The translations under genes and the position numbers were made by a program. The notes under the pieces are model-generated. The model saw only the letters and a program-made list of their open reading frames with translations, was not told the origin of the DNA and did no database searches. DNA of 64,000 bases from Chloroflexota bacterium (GTDB taxonomy: Bacteria; Chloroflexota; UBA6077; FW602-bin22; JACPRP01): NCBI GenBank assembly GCA_016189905.1, contig JACPRP010000102.1:9231-73230 (forward strand). The letters run 5' to 3'. Below, piece after piece: positions 46,920-56,137 of the stretch (position 1 is the first letter of the stretch; the number at the start of each line of letters is the position of its first letter).

Positions 46920-47252
46920 TCATCGCACGTCGCAGCCACGGCCTTTATTCCTCAGAATTTCGATCTGCCGGTCGTGAGAATCTATGAACTCGTTCTGATT
47001 AGCCTCGCCAGCCGCTAGATCAGCGGCAAGAGGGCTCGCGTGCGAGTATGCCCTGCTCGCCATCTCGGCGACGAGCTTCTCATGCCGCAGGTACAGCGCT
47101 CTGAGCTTGCCCTTCCACCTCAGGACCTCGGGATGGTGGGCATATCCCTTCTTGCCTTGCGTCAGTATCGTCCATACGCCGTGCAACTCTCTGTGCTCGG
47201 CAAGCAGATGCTTACGACAAAGCCTCTCCGGCGCGATATCCCAGATTCTCAT
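46920..47252 (-). CDS. Pyrimidine-dimer DNA glycosylase-like protein (Pyr_excise/DenV-related small family)
   Basis: The N terminus reads MRIWDIAPERLCRKHLLAEHRELHGVWTIL..GKKGYAHHPEVLRW. The family assignment is from memory only. Confidence 0.55.
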   Translation of the reverse strand: MRIWDIAPERLCRKHLLAEHRELHGVWTILTQGKKGYAHHPEVLRWKGKLRALYLRHEKLVAEMASRAYSHASPLAADLAAGEANQNEFIDSHDRQIEILRNKGRGCDVR

Positions 47253-47320
47253 GACCAGGTAACATCTCTATATCCTCCGTGGAAGAAAGAGGCCACCATC
47301 ACAACTATTACCTAACACTC

Positions 47321-47704
47321 CTACCACTGGCGCAGCTCGATCGATAGCCCTTCCGAATCCTTGAACTCGGCCCTCTTCGACTTCCCGAGCGTCATCGGCG
47401 GCCTCGAAATCTCGACGTCCTTGCTCTTGAGGTACTCTATCGCCTTATCCATGTCATCAACTTCTAGCGCGATCATCCGGTAACCGACCTGCCATGGGTC
47501 GGCAGGCACGGGCGATGGATTCTCCACCGAAATTACCTCGGCGACGGTACCATTGAGCTCCAGATAGGCGATCTCTTTCATCGGTGGCGCGCCAGCCTTG
47601 TTGCGCTGCCTGACGCTAAAGCCAAGCACATCGGTGTAAAAATTGATGCACCTTTCGAAATCGGCGGGAATGATCTCGACGTGATCGATCTTCTTGAACA
47701 TCAT
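47321..47704 (-). CDS. VOC-family (glyoxalase/bleomycin-resistance/dioxygenase fold) protein
   Basis: 127 aa. It has IDHVEIIPADFERCINFYTDVLGF and a C-terminal DSEGLSIEL motif. Confidence 0.8.
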   Translation of the reverse strand: MMFKKIDHVEIIPADFERCINFYTDVLGFSVRQRNKAGAPPMKEIAYLELNGTVAEVISVENPSPVPADPWQVGYRMIALEVDDMDKAIEYLKSKDVEISRPPMTLGKSKRAEFKDSEGLSIELRQW

Positions 47705-48565
47705 TCACCTCACTGAAAGTATTGGGCCGGGATTGGCTTCCACCATTTCGAGTCTCAAGTTGCCGAACAGGGTATGCGTCTCTTTCTCAAGCCTCTCGAG
47801 GATCTTCTGACAGTACACGGGGTCAATCTCAACGCCGATGCTGTTGCGATTCGCCTTGATGGCAGCTAGCATCGTCGTTCCTGTACCGCAGAAAGGATCG
47901 AGTACGATATCCCCCACAAAAGAAAACATACGGACCAGGCGATAAGCGAGCTCAAGAGGGAATGGGGCCGGATGTTCTCTCGTAGAAGCGCCGCTGATAT
48001 TCCAGAACTGCTGGAACCATTCGTCATACTCCTTCTTGGTGATCATCGAGAGGCTGCGCTGTTCGGCAGTAGGTCTTTTGTAACCACCCGGCTTCCGTTG
48101 CATCAGAATGAACTCGATATCGTTCTTAATGATCGCATTAGGCTCGTATGGTTTGCCCAGGAACTTGGTTCCGTTGCTCACCTCATAATTTGCGTTGGCG
48201 ATCTTTTGCCAGATGATCGGGTTCAGGTTATCGAACCCTATGCGCCTGCACGAAACGGCGATATCAGCGTGCAATGGTACGACCACATGCCGTCCGTGCT
48301 GCCGGCGGGATAGACAGACATCCCCGACGACGCACACCAGCCGCCCTCCAGGGACCAAGATTCGATAGCACTCCCGCCATACTTTAGCGAGCTCCTCCAC
48401 AAACGCCTCATAGTCCTGGATGTGGCCCGGTTGATCGGGGTGTTCGCGATACCTCTTCAACGTCCAGTATGGAGGAGAGGTCACAACAAGGTGAACGGTC
48501 TCATTCTCTATACAAAGAGAGATCACGCGCATCGCCCAGCACCAGCCGGTGGTGGCTTTTCTCAA
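47705..48565 (-). CDS. Beta-class DNA methyltransferase (SPPY motif IV before FxGxG motif I; N4-cytosine or N6-adenine)
   Basis: Motif IV is LVVTSPPYW and motif I is VLDPFCGTGTT, with a ParB-less short N terminus. The start could instead be ATG 48532. Confidence 0.85.
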   Translation of the reverse strand: MRKATTGWCWAMRVISLCIENETVHLVVTSPPYWTLKRYREHPDQPGHIQDYEAFVEELAKVWRECYRILVPGGRLVCVVGDVCLSRRQHGRHVVVPLHADIAVSCRRIGFDNLNPIIWQKIANANYEVSNGTKFLGKPYEPNAIIKNDIEFILMQRKPGGYKRPTAEQRSLSMITKKEYDEWFQQFWNISGASTREHPAPFPLELAYRLVRMFSFVGDIVLDPFCGTGTTMLAAIKANRNSIGVEIDPVYCQKILERLEKETHTLFGNLRLEMVEANPGPILSVR

Positions 48566-48760
48566 TCATCTCGCATGAGCCTCCAAGGCCGACAATTCAA
48601 CCGCGGTCATTGCCGTCAGTAGCACCACGTCGACTTCGCGTTTTTCGATGAACGGTGAGAAAACCTCTCGTAGCGCCGCCTCGACGGCCGTCTGTCGGGC
48701 CGCAGCCTCCACACTTACCGATTCCATATAGTCACGCTGACTTCCGTAGCCGGCAGGCAT
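48566..48760 (-). CDS. Small hypothetical protein directly upstream of the methyltransferase
   Basis: The stop abuts the methyltransferase ORF. The product is a helical, Ala/Glu-rich 64 aa counted from ATG 48760. I recognise no family. Confidence 0.3.
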   Translation of the reverse strand: MPAGYGSQRDYMESVSVEAAARQTAVEAALREVFSPFIEKREVDVVLLTAMTAVELSALEAHAR

Positions 48761-48888
48761 CGTCAAATCCCTTCTTATCCTGGGTCTGCCTAGTGCGCCA
48801 ATTATACCTGACTGCCTGGCTACACGCAATTGGAGACTACCGAAAATCGAAAATCGAAATGTGGGGTCTTCCGCTCGCACGCCGACTA

Positions 48889-48897
48889 TGCTATACT
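48889..48897 (+). promoter_or_regulatory. Candidate extended -10 element (TGcTATACT) upstream of nuoA
   Basis: TGCTATACT lies about 130 nt upstream of the nuoA ATG. The -35 is weak. Confidence 0.3.
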
Positions 48898-49027
48898 ACT
48901 AACGGCCGGTTTCGGCAAAATCCCGCGGCAGACCTTTATTGCAGCGACGCAATCTATTGTGATATACTTGCCGCGGCGTGTCGAAGATGATGCGCTGCCC
49001 GATCACGACTGACACGGGGGTGCGACA

Positions 49028-49387
49028 ATGTTGTTGACACAATATGGTTATATTGCGATTTTCCTCATCATCGCAATCGCCTTCGGCATCCTTCCTCTAG
49101 TCATTGCTCTAGCCATTCGACCAAAGAAGCCAAATCCCGTCAAGTTGTCCACCTACGAATGCGGCCTGGAAACGGTCGGCCCTAGCTGGATACAGTTTCA
49201 CGTCGGATTCTATCTCTACGCCCTGGTTTTCGTCATCTTCGACGTCGAAACCGTGTTCCTGTATCCCTGGGCAGTGGCCTACGGCAAGCTCGGTCTGTTC
49301 GCTCTGATCGAGATGTTCATCTTTGTTATCTTGCTCGTAGTGGGACTAGTCTACGCATGGAGAAAGCGAGCCCTGGAATGGAAATGA
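49028..49387 (+). CDS. nuoA: NADH-quinone oxidoreductase subunit A
   Basis: Three TM helices with YECG.E and FD.E..FL.PW motifs. Confidence 0.92.
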   Translation: MLLTQYGYIAIFLIIAIAFGILPLVIALAIRPKKPNPVKLSTYECGLETVGPSWIQFHVGFYLYALVFVIFDVETVFLYPWAVAYGKLGLFALIEMFIFVILLVVGLVYAWRKRALEWK

Positions 49388-49986
49388 AAGACGCCTGCCA
49401 AGGGCAAGGCAACGTTGCAATGGCGCCAACTGAGGGCCGCATCGTTCAAATCGGCGAGCGCTCTCTGCTGGGGCCTGAACATGAGGAGTTCGACGGCGAC
49501 GAAGCATTGTACAACAACGTCATTCTGGGGCGCCTTAACGCCTTATACAACTGGGGTCGGCGCTCCTCTCTGTGGCCTCTCGGATTCGGCCTGGCCTGTT
49601 GCGCGATGGAGTTCATCGGCGCGCAGGCATCACGGTTCGACTTCGCTCGTTTTGGCGCCGAGGTGGTGCGTCCATCGCCCCGGCAGGCGGACTTGATGGT
49701 CGTCTCTGGCACAGTGACCAAGAAGATGGCTCCGGCAGTGCGGCGCATTTACGACCAGATGGCCGAGCCGAAATATGTGATCGCGATGGGGGCATGCGCG
49801 TGTAGCGGCGGGCCGTTCGTTGGCTCATATAACGTCGTGATGGGTGTCGACCAGATCGTACCGGTGGATGTCTATCTCCCTGGTTGCCCGCCTCGGCCGG
49901 ACGCCTTCATCGAGGCCATTATGACTTTACAAAAGAAGATCGACAAGCAGAAAGTCCTGGTAAGTTACATCAGGGGAGACAAATGA
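49384..49986 (+). CDS. nuoB: NADH-quinone oxidoreductase subunit B
   Basis: It has the N2-cluster Cys motifs GLACCA.E, GACA.SGGPF and LPGCPP. The ATG at 49384 overlaps the nuoA stop as ATGA. Confidence 0.92.
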   Translation: MKDACQGQGNVAMAPTEGRIVQIGERSLLGPEHEEFDGDEALYNNVILGRLNALYNWGRRSSLWPLGFGLACCAMEFIGAQASRFDFARFGAEVVRPSPRQADLMVVSGTVTKKMAPAVRRIYDQMAEPKYVIAMGACACSGGPFVGSYNVVMGVDQIVPVDVYLPGCPPRPDAFIEAIMTLQKKIDKQKVLVSYIRGDK

Positions 49987-50456
49987 AATCTGAGTGCGCT
50001 TTAGCATCTCCACATGTCGATATCGACATCGACGCAATATCCGCGAAGATTTCAGATAGCATCACGCGCGTGGTCCGGGGCGCACCGCCAGCCGTGTACA
50101 TTCGTCTGGATCGGCTGCTAGAAGTCTGCCGCTTCCTCAAGGAAACGGCAGAGCTCGAGTTCAATTATCTCAGCAATCTCACTGCCGTGGACTACCTGGA
50201 CCGTATGGAGGTTGTCTACCACCTGTACTCCATATCGAGGAAACACGCCGTGACGCTCAAGGTCGAAGTGGACCGCGAGCGGGCTTCGGTTCCTTCAGTC
50301 ACAGGAATCTGGCGAGGTGCGGATTTTCAGGAACGAGAGGTCTACGATCTTTTGGGCGTAACCTTTGTCGGGCACCCCAATCTGAAACGCATCTTGCTCT
50401 ACGACGAGTTCGTGGGCCATCCCTTGCGAAAGGATTTTGCCTTGCCCAAAGACTAA
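49983..50456 (+). CDS. nuoC: NADH-quinone oxidoreductase subunit C
   Basis: It reads [28 protein letters not shown]. The ATG at 49983 overlaps the nuoB stop as ATGA. Confidence 0.9.
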   Translation: MKSECALASPHVDIDIDAISAKISDSITRVVRGAPPAVYIRLDRLLEVCRFLKETAELEFNYLSNLTAVDYLDRMEVVYHLYSISRKHAVTLKVEVDRERASVPSVTGIWRGADFQEREVYDLLGVTFVGHPNLKRILLYDEFVGHPLRKDFALPKD

Positions 50457-50509
50457 CCAAGTATCGGCAAGCCAACCGGGCAAGACGCCCGGCTACGAGG
50501 TATGTAGAA

Positions 50510-51658
50510 ATGTCGGAACTGATACTGGCGAGCAAAAACAGCGCGCTCGACGCGAAAATAGACACAGAGAGGATCACCCTCAACGTGGGACCGCAGCACC
50601 CCAGTACACACGGGGTGCTACGTGTGATACTGACACTCGACGGGGAGATCGTCATCGATGCCGAGGTGGTGCTAGGTTATCTACATCGTGGCTTCGAGAA
50701 GCTTTGCGAAGAGGGCACTTATACCCAGAATATATCTCTGACTGATCGTCTGGACTATTTCAATTCGATGAATAACAACTGGGCCTACGTCAAGGCCGTC
50801 GAGATGATGATGGACATCGAGGTACCCGAGCGTGCGGAGTACCTGAGAGTCATTATGAGCGAATTGCAGAGAATAGTCAGCCACTTAGCCTGCACTGGCT
50901 TCTTCGTCTCCGACCTGGGTGCGGCCCACACGCCTTTGCTGTACGCCTTCCGCGAGCGCGAGGAGATACTTGACCTTTTCGAGATGGTCTGTGGCGCGCG
51001 AATGACCTACAACTACTTCCGCATTGGCGGATTGGCGAACGATATCCATGATGGCTGGATACCAAGGCTGAAGGCGTTCCTGCAAAGATTGCCTTCAAAA
51101 ATCGACGAACTGGAGGCGCTGATCACGGGGAACGAGGTTATCCTGGCTCGCGCCAAGGGCGTCGGAGTGCTGTCGCCCGAAATGGCAATCAGCTTTAGCA
51201 CCGCAGGTCCGGTCATCCGCGCATCCGGCGTGCCGTTCGATTTACGCAGAGATGTGCCTTACAGCCTGTATCCGCGCTTCGATTTCAAGGTCATCACAGG
51301 AAAGAACGGCGACATCTTCGACCGCTACTATGTGCGAGTTCAGGAGATGCGGGAGAGCATCAGGATAATCGAGCAGGCGTTAGAACAGCTTCCTGACGGG
51401 CCGATTCGCATACCCTTTCCGCTCAACGTCAGACCGCCGGCTGGCGAAGCATTGAGTCGCATCGAGGGGCCGAAGGGGGAGATGGGCTTCTACATCGTCA
51501 GCGACGGCACTTCCATCTCGCCATATCGCGTGCACCAGCGTCCGCCCTGCTTCATTCACCTGGGCGTCTTGCGGGACCTGGTCATAGGTTGGAAGGTCGC
51601 CGACGTGATAGCTACTCTAGCCAGCCTGGACCCCATTATGGGGGAGGTGGACCGATAG
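50510..51658 (+). CDS. nuoD: NADH-quinone oxidoreductase subunit D
   Basis: It reads NVGPQHPSTHGVLR, then HRG.EKL.E, and ends in the C-terminal DPIMGEVDR. Confidence 0.95.
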   Translation: MSELILASKNSALDAKIDTERITLNVGPQHPSTHGVLRVILTLDGEIVIDAEVVLGYLHRGFEKLCEEGTYTQNISLTDRLDYFNSMNNNWAYVKAVEMMMDIEVPERAEYLRVIMSELQRIVSHLACTGFFVSDLGAAHTPLLYAFREREEILDLFEMVCGARMTYNYFRIGGLANDIHDGWIPRLKAFLQRLPSKIDELEALITGNEVILARAKGVGVLSPEMAISFSTAGPVIRASGVPFDLRRDVPYSLYPRFDFKVITGKNGDIFDRYYVRVQEMRESIRIIEQALEQLPDGPIRIPFPLNVRPPAGEALSRIEGPKGEMGFYIVSDGTSISPYRVHQRPPCFIHLGVLRDLVIGWKVADVIATLASLDPIMGEVDR

Positions 51659-52717
51659 ATGGAAGTCATTAACAACATCTTCGTCATTATCCGCGATGTG
51701 ATAGCTGTGATGCTAGGGTTCTTCCTGCCCCCCACGCTGGTGGAGGCGATAATAGCGGTCCTGGTCATCTCGGTGTTCCTGGGCTTTATGACAGTCAACG
51801 TGATGATGCAGGTCTGGGCCGAGCGCAAAACGATCGCGTATATGCAGGACCGCTTCGGTCCCAACCGGGTTGGGCCCTTTGGCCTGATGCAATCGGTAGC
51901 CGACGCGGTGAAACTGCTGACGAAAGAAGACATAATTCCGACGCATGCCGACAAGTGGGTCTTCCGCCTGGGCCCCATCATCGTCGTCTCCACCGCGCTA
52001 ATGGTTTATGGCGTGATGCCGTTCGGGGACGGGATGGTCATCGCCGACCTGAACATTGGCATTCTGTTCGCGATTTCGATCGCCTCGATCGGCACCATCG
52101 GTTTTTTGATGTCAGGCTGGTCGTCTAACAACAAGTATGCGCTGCTAGGGGCGATGCGCGCCGTGGCGCAAATGGTAAGCTATGAGATTCCGCTCGTTCT
52201 TTCGATCATCGGGGTGGTTATGCTGGTGGGCTCGCTTCAGATGAGCGAGATCGTCAAGGCTCAGAGCGGGCTCTGGTTCGTCATCTGGCAGCCGTTGGGC
52301 TTCGTGATCTTCTTTATCGCGGGGCTCGCGGAGATCAACCGCACGCCTTTCGACATGGTGGAGGCTGATTCGGAAATCGTCGCGGGGTATTTCATCGAGT
52401 ACAGCGGTATGCGCTTCGCGGTGTTTTACCTTGCCGAGTATATGAGCGCGTTTGCCTCAGCCGCCATCGCGGTGACGCTTTTCTTCGGCGGCTGGCAGGG
52501 ACCGCTTCTGCCACCCTATATCTGGTTCCTGCTTAAGGTCTGGCTCATCTTCTTCGTGATGATCTGGATCCGCGCTACGCTGCCGAGAGTCCGCGTAGAT
52601 CAACTGATGGGCTTCGCCTGGAAGGTGCTGATACCGCTGGCTTTGCTGAACATATTCTTAACCGGGGCCATTCTGCAACCCTGGTACCAGGGCCTTGTCC
52701 AGGGTCTTGCGAAATGA
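51659..52717 (+). CDS. nuoH: NADH-quinone oxidoreductase subunit H
   Basis: It reads ERK..A.MQDR.GPNRVGP.GL.Q..AD..KL, then EINR.PFD..EA.SE.V.G...EYSG, and R.RVDQL. Confidence 0.95.
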   Translation: MEVINNIFVIIRDVIAVMLGFFLPPTLVEAIIAVLVISVFLGFMTVNVMMQVWAERKTIAYMQDRFGPNRVGPFGLMQSVADAVKLLTKEDIIPTHADKWVFRLGPIIVVSTALMVYGVMPFGDGMVIADLNIGILFAISIASIGTIGFLMSGWSSNNKYALLGAMRAVAQMVSYEIPLVLSIIGVVMLVGSLQMSEIVKAQSGLWFVIWQPLGFVIFFIAGLAEINRTPFDMVEADSEIVAGYFIEYSGMRFAVFYLAEYMSAFASAAIAVTLFFGGWQGPLLPPYIWFLLKVWLIFFVMIWIRATLPRVRVDQLMGFAWKVLIPLALLNIFLTGAILQPWYQGLVQGLAK

Positions 52718-52761
52718 ACAGGAGGTAAGCCTGATCTCGAACGATTGGGCAGCTTGAGCGT

Positions 52762-53253
52762 ATGCTAGGTCTGGGAATTGTCAAAGGAATGGCCGTCACC
52801 ATCAAACACTTCTTTATGCCGAAGGTTACCGTCCAGTATCCGGAGCAGCGACGGGTATCGGCGCCAGCGTATCGTGGCGCCCCGGCGCTGGTGTTCGACG
52901 CGAAAACCAACAAGGCGAGATGCGTGGCCTGCGGTGTGTGCGCGCGGGCGTGTCCTCACGGGGTCATCCACGTGACGGGGCACACAGGACCGGACGGAAA
53001 GCGGCACGTCGAGCGTTATGAGATCGAGATCATCCGCTGCCTGTTTTGCGGGCTCTGCGCCGAGGCCTGCCCGTACGGAGCTGTCAAGATGAGCCACGAG
53101 TTCGAGCTGGCAGAGTACCGCCGGTATAACCTGGTCTACGATCGCGAGCGCCTGCAGGGGCGAGCGGAGCCGCCGAGCAAGATCGTCGCGCGGGAAGTCA
53201 AGGTCATCTCCGCCCGGGCGCTCGCCGTCAAGGAGGTCGCGCAAATCAGATGA
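52762..53253 (+). CDS. nuoI: NADH-quinone oxidoreductase subunit I
   Basis: It has two 4Fe-4S ferredoxin motifs (CVACGVCARACP and CLFCGLCAEACP). Confidence 0.92.
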   Translation: MLGLGIVKGMAVTIKHFFMPKVTVQYPEQRRVSAPAYRGAPALVFDAKTNKARCVACGVCARACPHGVIHVTGHTGPDGKRHVERYEIEIIRCLFCGLCAEACPYGAVKMSHEFELAEYRRYNLVYDRERLQGRAEPPSKIVAREVKVISARALAVKEVAQIR

Positions 53254-53747
53254 ACGATCCTGTTGTAATTCTGGCCTTTGCGGTTCTAGCCATCGTCATG
53301 CTCGTATCGGCGGCAGCCGTGGTCCTGCTGCGCAACATCGTCCACTGCGCCCTTTTCCTGGCGCTGTCGTTTCTTTCGGTGGCAGGCATCTACATACTGC
53401 TGAACGCCGAGTTCCTCGCCGCCGTCCAGATTCTGATCTACGCCGGCGCCGTGATGATCCTGCTGCTCTTCGCGATAATGTTGACGCAGCGTGCCGGCGC
53501 GATTGCCGAGAATCCGCCTAACAATCAGGTAGGCATGGCCGCGGTCGTAGCCGTCGCCCTGTTCGGGCTGCTGGCGCTCGTGCTAAGCGGAACGAGTTGG
53601 CTCACCGGCGCGCCGGCCGCGACGCAGCCTAACACTGAGGCGCTGGGGCGCGCCTTGTTCGAGTATTACGTTTTGCCGTTCGAGATAGCCTCGGTGCTCT
53701 TGCTCGTGGCGATGATCGGTGCAATCGTTATAGCGAGGGAGGACTAG
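53250..53747 (+). CDS. nuoJ: NADH-quinone oxidoreductase subunit J
   Basis: Polytopic protein reading AEFLAAVQILIYAGAVMILLLF. Position is consistent with nuoJ. Confidence 0.88.
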   Translation: MNDPVVILAFAVLAIVMLVSAAAVVLLRNIVHCALFLALSFLSVAGIYILLNAEFLAAVQILIYAGAVMILLLFAIMLTQRAGAIAENPPNNQVGMAAVVAVALFGLLALVLSGTSWLTGAPAATQPNTEALGRALFEYYVLPFEIASVLLLVAMIGAIVIARED

Positions 53748-53750
53748 AAA

Positions 53751-54089
53751 GTGCTCTCTTTGAATGCCTTTTTGCTTCTGAGCGCAGTTCTATTCTGTAT
53801 CGGACTGTTTGGCGCTTTGTCAAAGCGCAATGCCGTGGCCATTCTCATGAGCATTGAGCTCATGTTCAATGCCGTAAACATCATGCTGGTGGCCTTCGCG
53901 CGATTTCTGGCACCGGCGAGCACGGTCGGCCAGGCGCTGCCCCCGGTCAGCACGGTCGGCCAGGTTTTCACCATCTTTATCATCACGGTCGCGGCTGCGG
54001 AAGCGGCGGTTGGCCTGGCGATAGTGCTTGCCATCTATCGCACTCGTCGCACAATCAGCGTGGACGAGGTCAATTTGATGAAATGGTAG
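53751..54089 (+). CDS. nuoK: NADH-quinone oxidoreductase subunit K (with a 10-aa internal duplication)
   Basis: It reads [11 protein letters not shown] and later [18 protein letters not shown]. Length is 112 aa. Confidence 0.9.
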   Translation: MLSLNAFLLLSAVLFCIGLFGALSKRNAVAILMSIELMFNAVNIMLVAFARFLAPASTVGQALPPVSTVGQVFTIFIITVAAAEAAVGLAIVLAIYRTRRTISVDEVNLMKW

Positions 54090-54115
54090 AAACACCACGT
54101 TGAGGTTGAGGTAGA

Positions 54116-56122
54116 ATGGATTCATTTTCGCTGGAATACTTATGGCTTATACCTCTTTTGCCATTCCTGGCTTTTGTGGTAATCGCGCTTTTTACGCGAC
54201 GCTGGGCTCGGCTTAGCGCCTACATCAGCATACTCGCCATTGTCGCCTCGCTCGTGGTCTCTGCCTGGGCTTTGCTCTCGCTCGTGGTTGCCTTTCTGGG
54301 ACACGCCACGGGCGAAGAGCTCGTCAAGCAAGTGACGCTAACCTGGTTTAGCGCTGGGGGCGTGGACTTCCCGATTGGGCTGATTATCGATCCGCTCACG
54401 GCGATGATGCTGATCGTCGTGACCGTCATCAGCTTGCTGGTCCAGCTATTCTCCCAGGGCTATATGGTGGTCAAGGACGACCACGGAAACCTGAAGAAAG
54501 ATCCCGGCTACGGCCGCTACTTCGCCTTCATCTCGCTGTTCACGATGTCAATGCTGATACTGGTGCTGGCAAACAACTTCCTCCAGATCTATATCGCCTG
54601 GGAGCTGGTCGGCCTTTGCTCATATCTGCTGATTGGCTTCTGGTATGACAAGACATATCCAGACGGCAGCATCTCACCCGCCCAGGCGGCGAAGAAAGCG
54701 TTTCTCACGACCAGGCTCGGAGACCTTGGGCTGCTGGTCGGCATCCTGATCATCTACATGACCACCGGGAGCTTTGTCTTCACGGACGTCGAGGAAGCGA
54801 TCAAGGCCGGGCATCTGGCCGGTGGGCTCCTGACAGTGGCGATGATCGGCGTTTTCCTGGGCGCCGTCGGCAAATCGGCCCAGTTCCCCTTACACGTCTG
54901 GCTGCCAGATGCTATGGAAGGCCCGACCCCGGTTAGCGCCTTGATCCACGCCGCGACGATGGTCGCGGCCGGCGTCTATCTGGTGGCGCGCACCTTCGAG
55001 ATGTTCGCGGCCTCACCCGACCAGCAGGCGCTGCTGGTCGTCGCCTACATCGGCGGATTCACCGCGCTGTTCGCGGCGTCGATGGGCCTGGTGATGAACG
55101 ACATCAAGAAAGTGATGGCCTATTCGACTATCAGCCAACTGGGCTATATGATGATGGGCCTCGGCGTCGGCGCGTACGCTGCGGGTGTATTCCACCTGTT
55201 TAACCACGCGTTCTTCAAGGCGCTGCTGTTCCTCGGCTCGGGCAGCGTGATTTACGCCGCCCACCATGAGCAAGATATGCGCCGTATGGGCGGTCTAGGC
55301 AAGCGATTGCCGGTCACGATGATCACCATGATCTTTGCCAGCCTGGCGCTGGCAGGCCTGCCACCATTCAGCGGCTTCTGGAGCAAAGACGAGATCCTGG
55401 CCGGGGCGGCCGGCAAAGATCAACTGCTGTACATAGTAGGCTCGCTCGCCGCTCTGTTCACCGCCTTCTATGTCTTCCGTGCCATTTTCTTGACCTTCAC
55501 AGGTGAGTATCGTGGCGCGCAGGGCGGCTACGACGCGCACGGTGGCCACGACGATCACGGACACGGCGGCCATGGAGGTGGCCTGGAAAGCATCAAAGAA
55601 TCACCACTGGTCATGCTGATTCCTTTGATCCTGCTAGCCCTGGCCTCGCTGTTCTCGGGATTCCTCGGCTCGCCGTTCATGGGCAACGCGTTCCAGTCCT
55701 TCATCGAAAAGGGCGCGGAGCTGCACGAGGAGATAAATTACACGGTGATGATCAGCTCAGTGCTGATCGCCGTGGTCGGCATCAGTCTCGCCAGCCTCGT
55801 CTACTACTTCAAGGTCATACCGGCGGACTTGATCTCGAAGCCGCTGCCGTGGCTGCACGCTTTCGTGCTGAACAAGTACGCTATGGATGATCTGTATCTG
55901 TGGATCGTAAACAACGTCGTGCTCGGGTTTTCCCGGGCGGCGTTGTGGTTCGACATTCACATCGTCGACGGCATCGTCAACGCCGTCGCCAGTGTAATCG
56001 GCGGATTTGGCGGGACGCTGCGAAGGGTTGAGACAGGCCGAGCGCCTAACTATGGACTGGCGATCTTCGCCGGCGCCATAATCATCTCAGGCATTCTGAT
56101 ATTCGGCGGCTCGCCGCGGTAG
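54116..56122 (+). CDS. nuoL: NADH-quinone oxidoreductase subunit L
   Basis: 668 aa. It has antiporter-like motifs (WE.VGL.SYLLIGFW; KSAQFPLHVWLPDAMEGPTPVSALIHAATMV). Confidence 0.95.
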   Translation: MDSFSLEYLWLIPLLPFLAFVVIALFTRRWARLSAYISILAIVASLVVSAWALLSLVVAFLGHATGEELVKQVTLTWFSAGGVDFPIGLIIDPLTAMMLIVVTVISLLVQLFSQGYMVVKDDHGNLKKDPGYGRYFAFISLFTMSMLILVLANNFLQIYIAWELVGLCSYLLIGFWYDKTYPDGSISPAQAAKKAFLTTRLGDLGLLVGILIIYMTTGSFVFTDVEEAIKAGHLAGGLLTVAMIGVFLGAVGKSAQFPLHVWLPDAMEGPTPVSALIHAATMVAAGVYLVARTFEMFAASPDQQALLVVAYIGGFTALFAASMGLVMNDIKKVMAYSTISQLGYMMMGLGVGAYAAGVFHLFNHAFFKALLFLGSGSVIYAAHHEQDMRRMGGLGKRLPVTMITMIFASLALAGLPPFSGFWSKDEILAGAAGKDQLLYIVGSLAALFTAFYVFRAIFLTFTGEYRGAQGGYDAHGGHDDHGHGGHGGGLESIKESPLVMLIPLILLALASLFSGFLGSPFMGNAFQSFIEKGAELHEEINYTVMISSVLIAVVGISLASLVYYFKVIPADLISKPLPWLHAFVLNKYAMDDLYLWIVNNVVLGFSRAALWFDIHIVDGIVNAVASVIGGFGGTLRRVETGRAPNYGLAIFAGAIIISGILIFGGSPR

Positions 56123-56137
56123 AGGAGAAGCGCATAG

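Noticed and set aside
55530-55590. His/Gly-rich stretch in NuoL (HGGHDDHGHGGHGGG) as a possible metal-binding insertion
   Set aside because: As far as I recall, similar His-rich segments occur at this position in NuoL of many bacteria, so it is probably not unusual.
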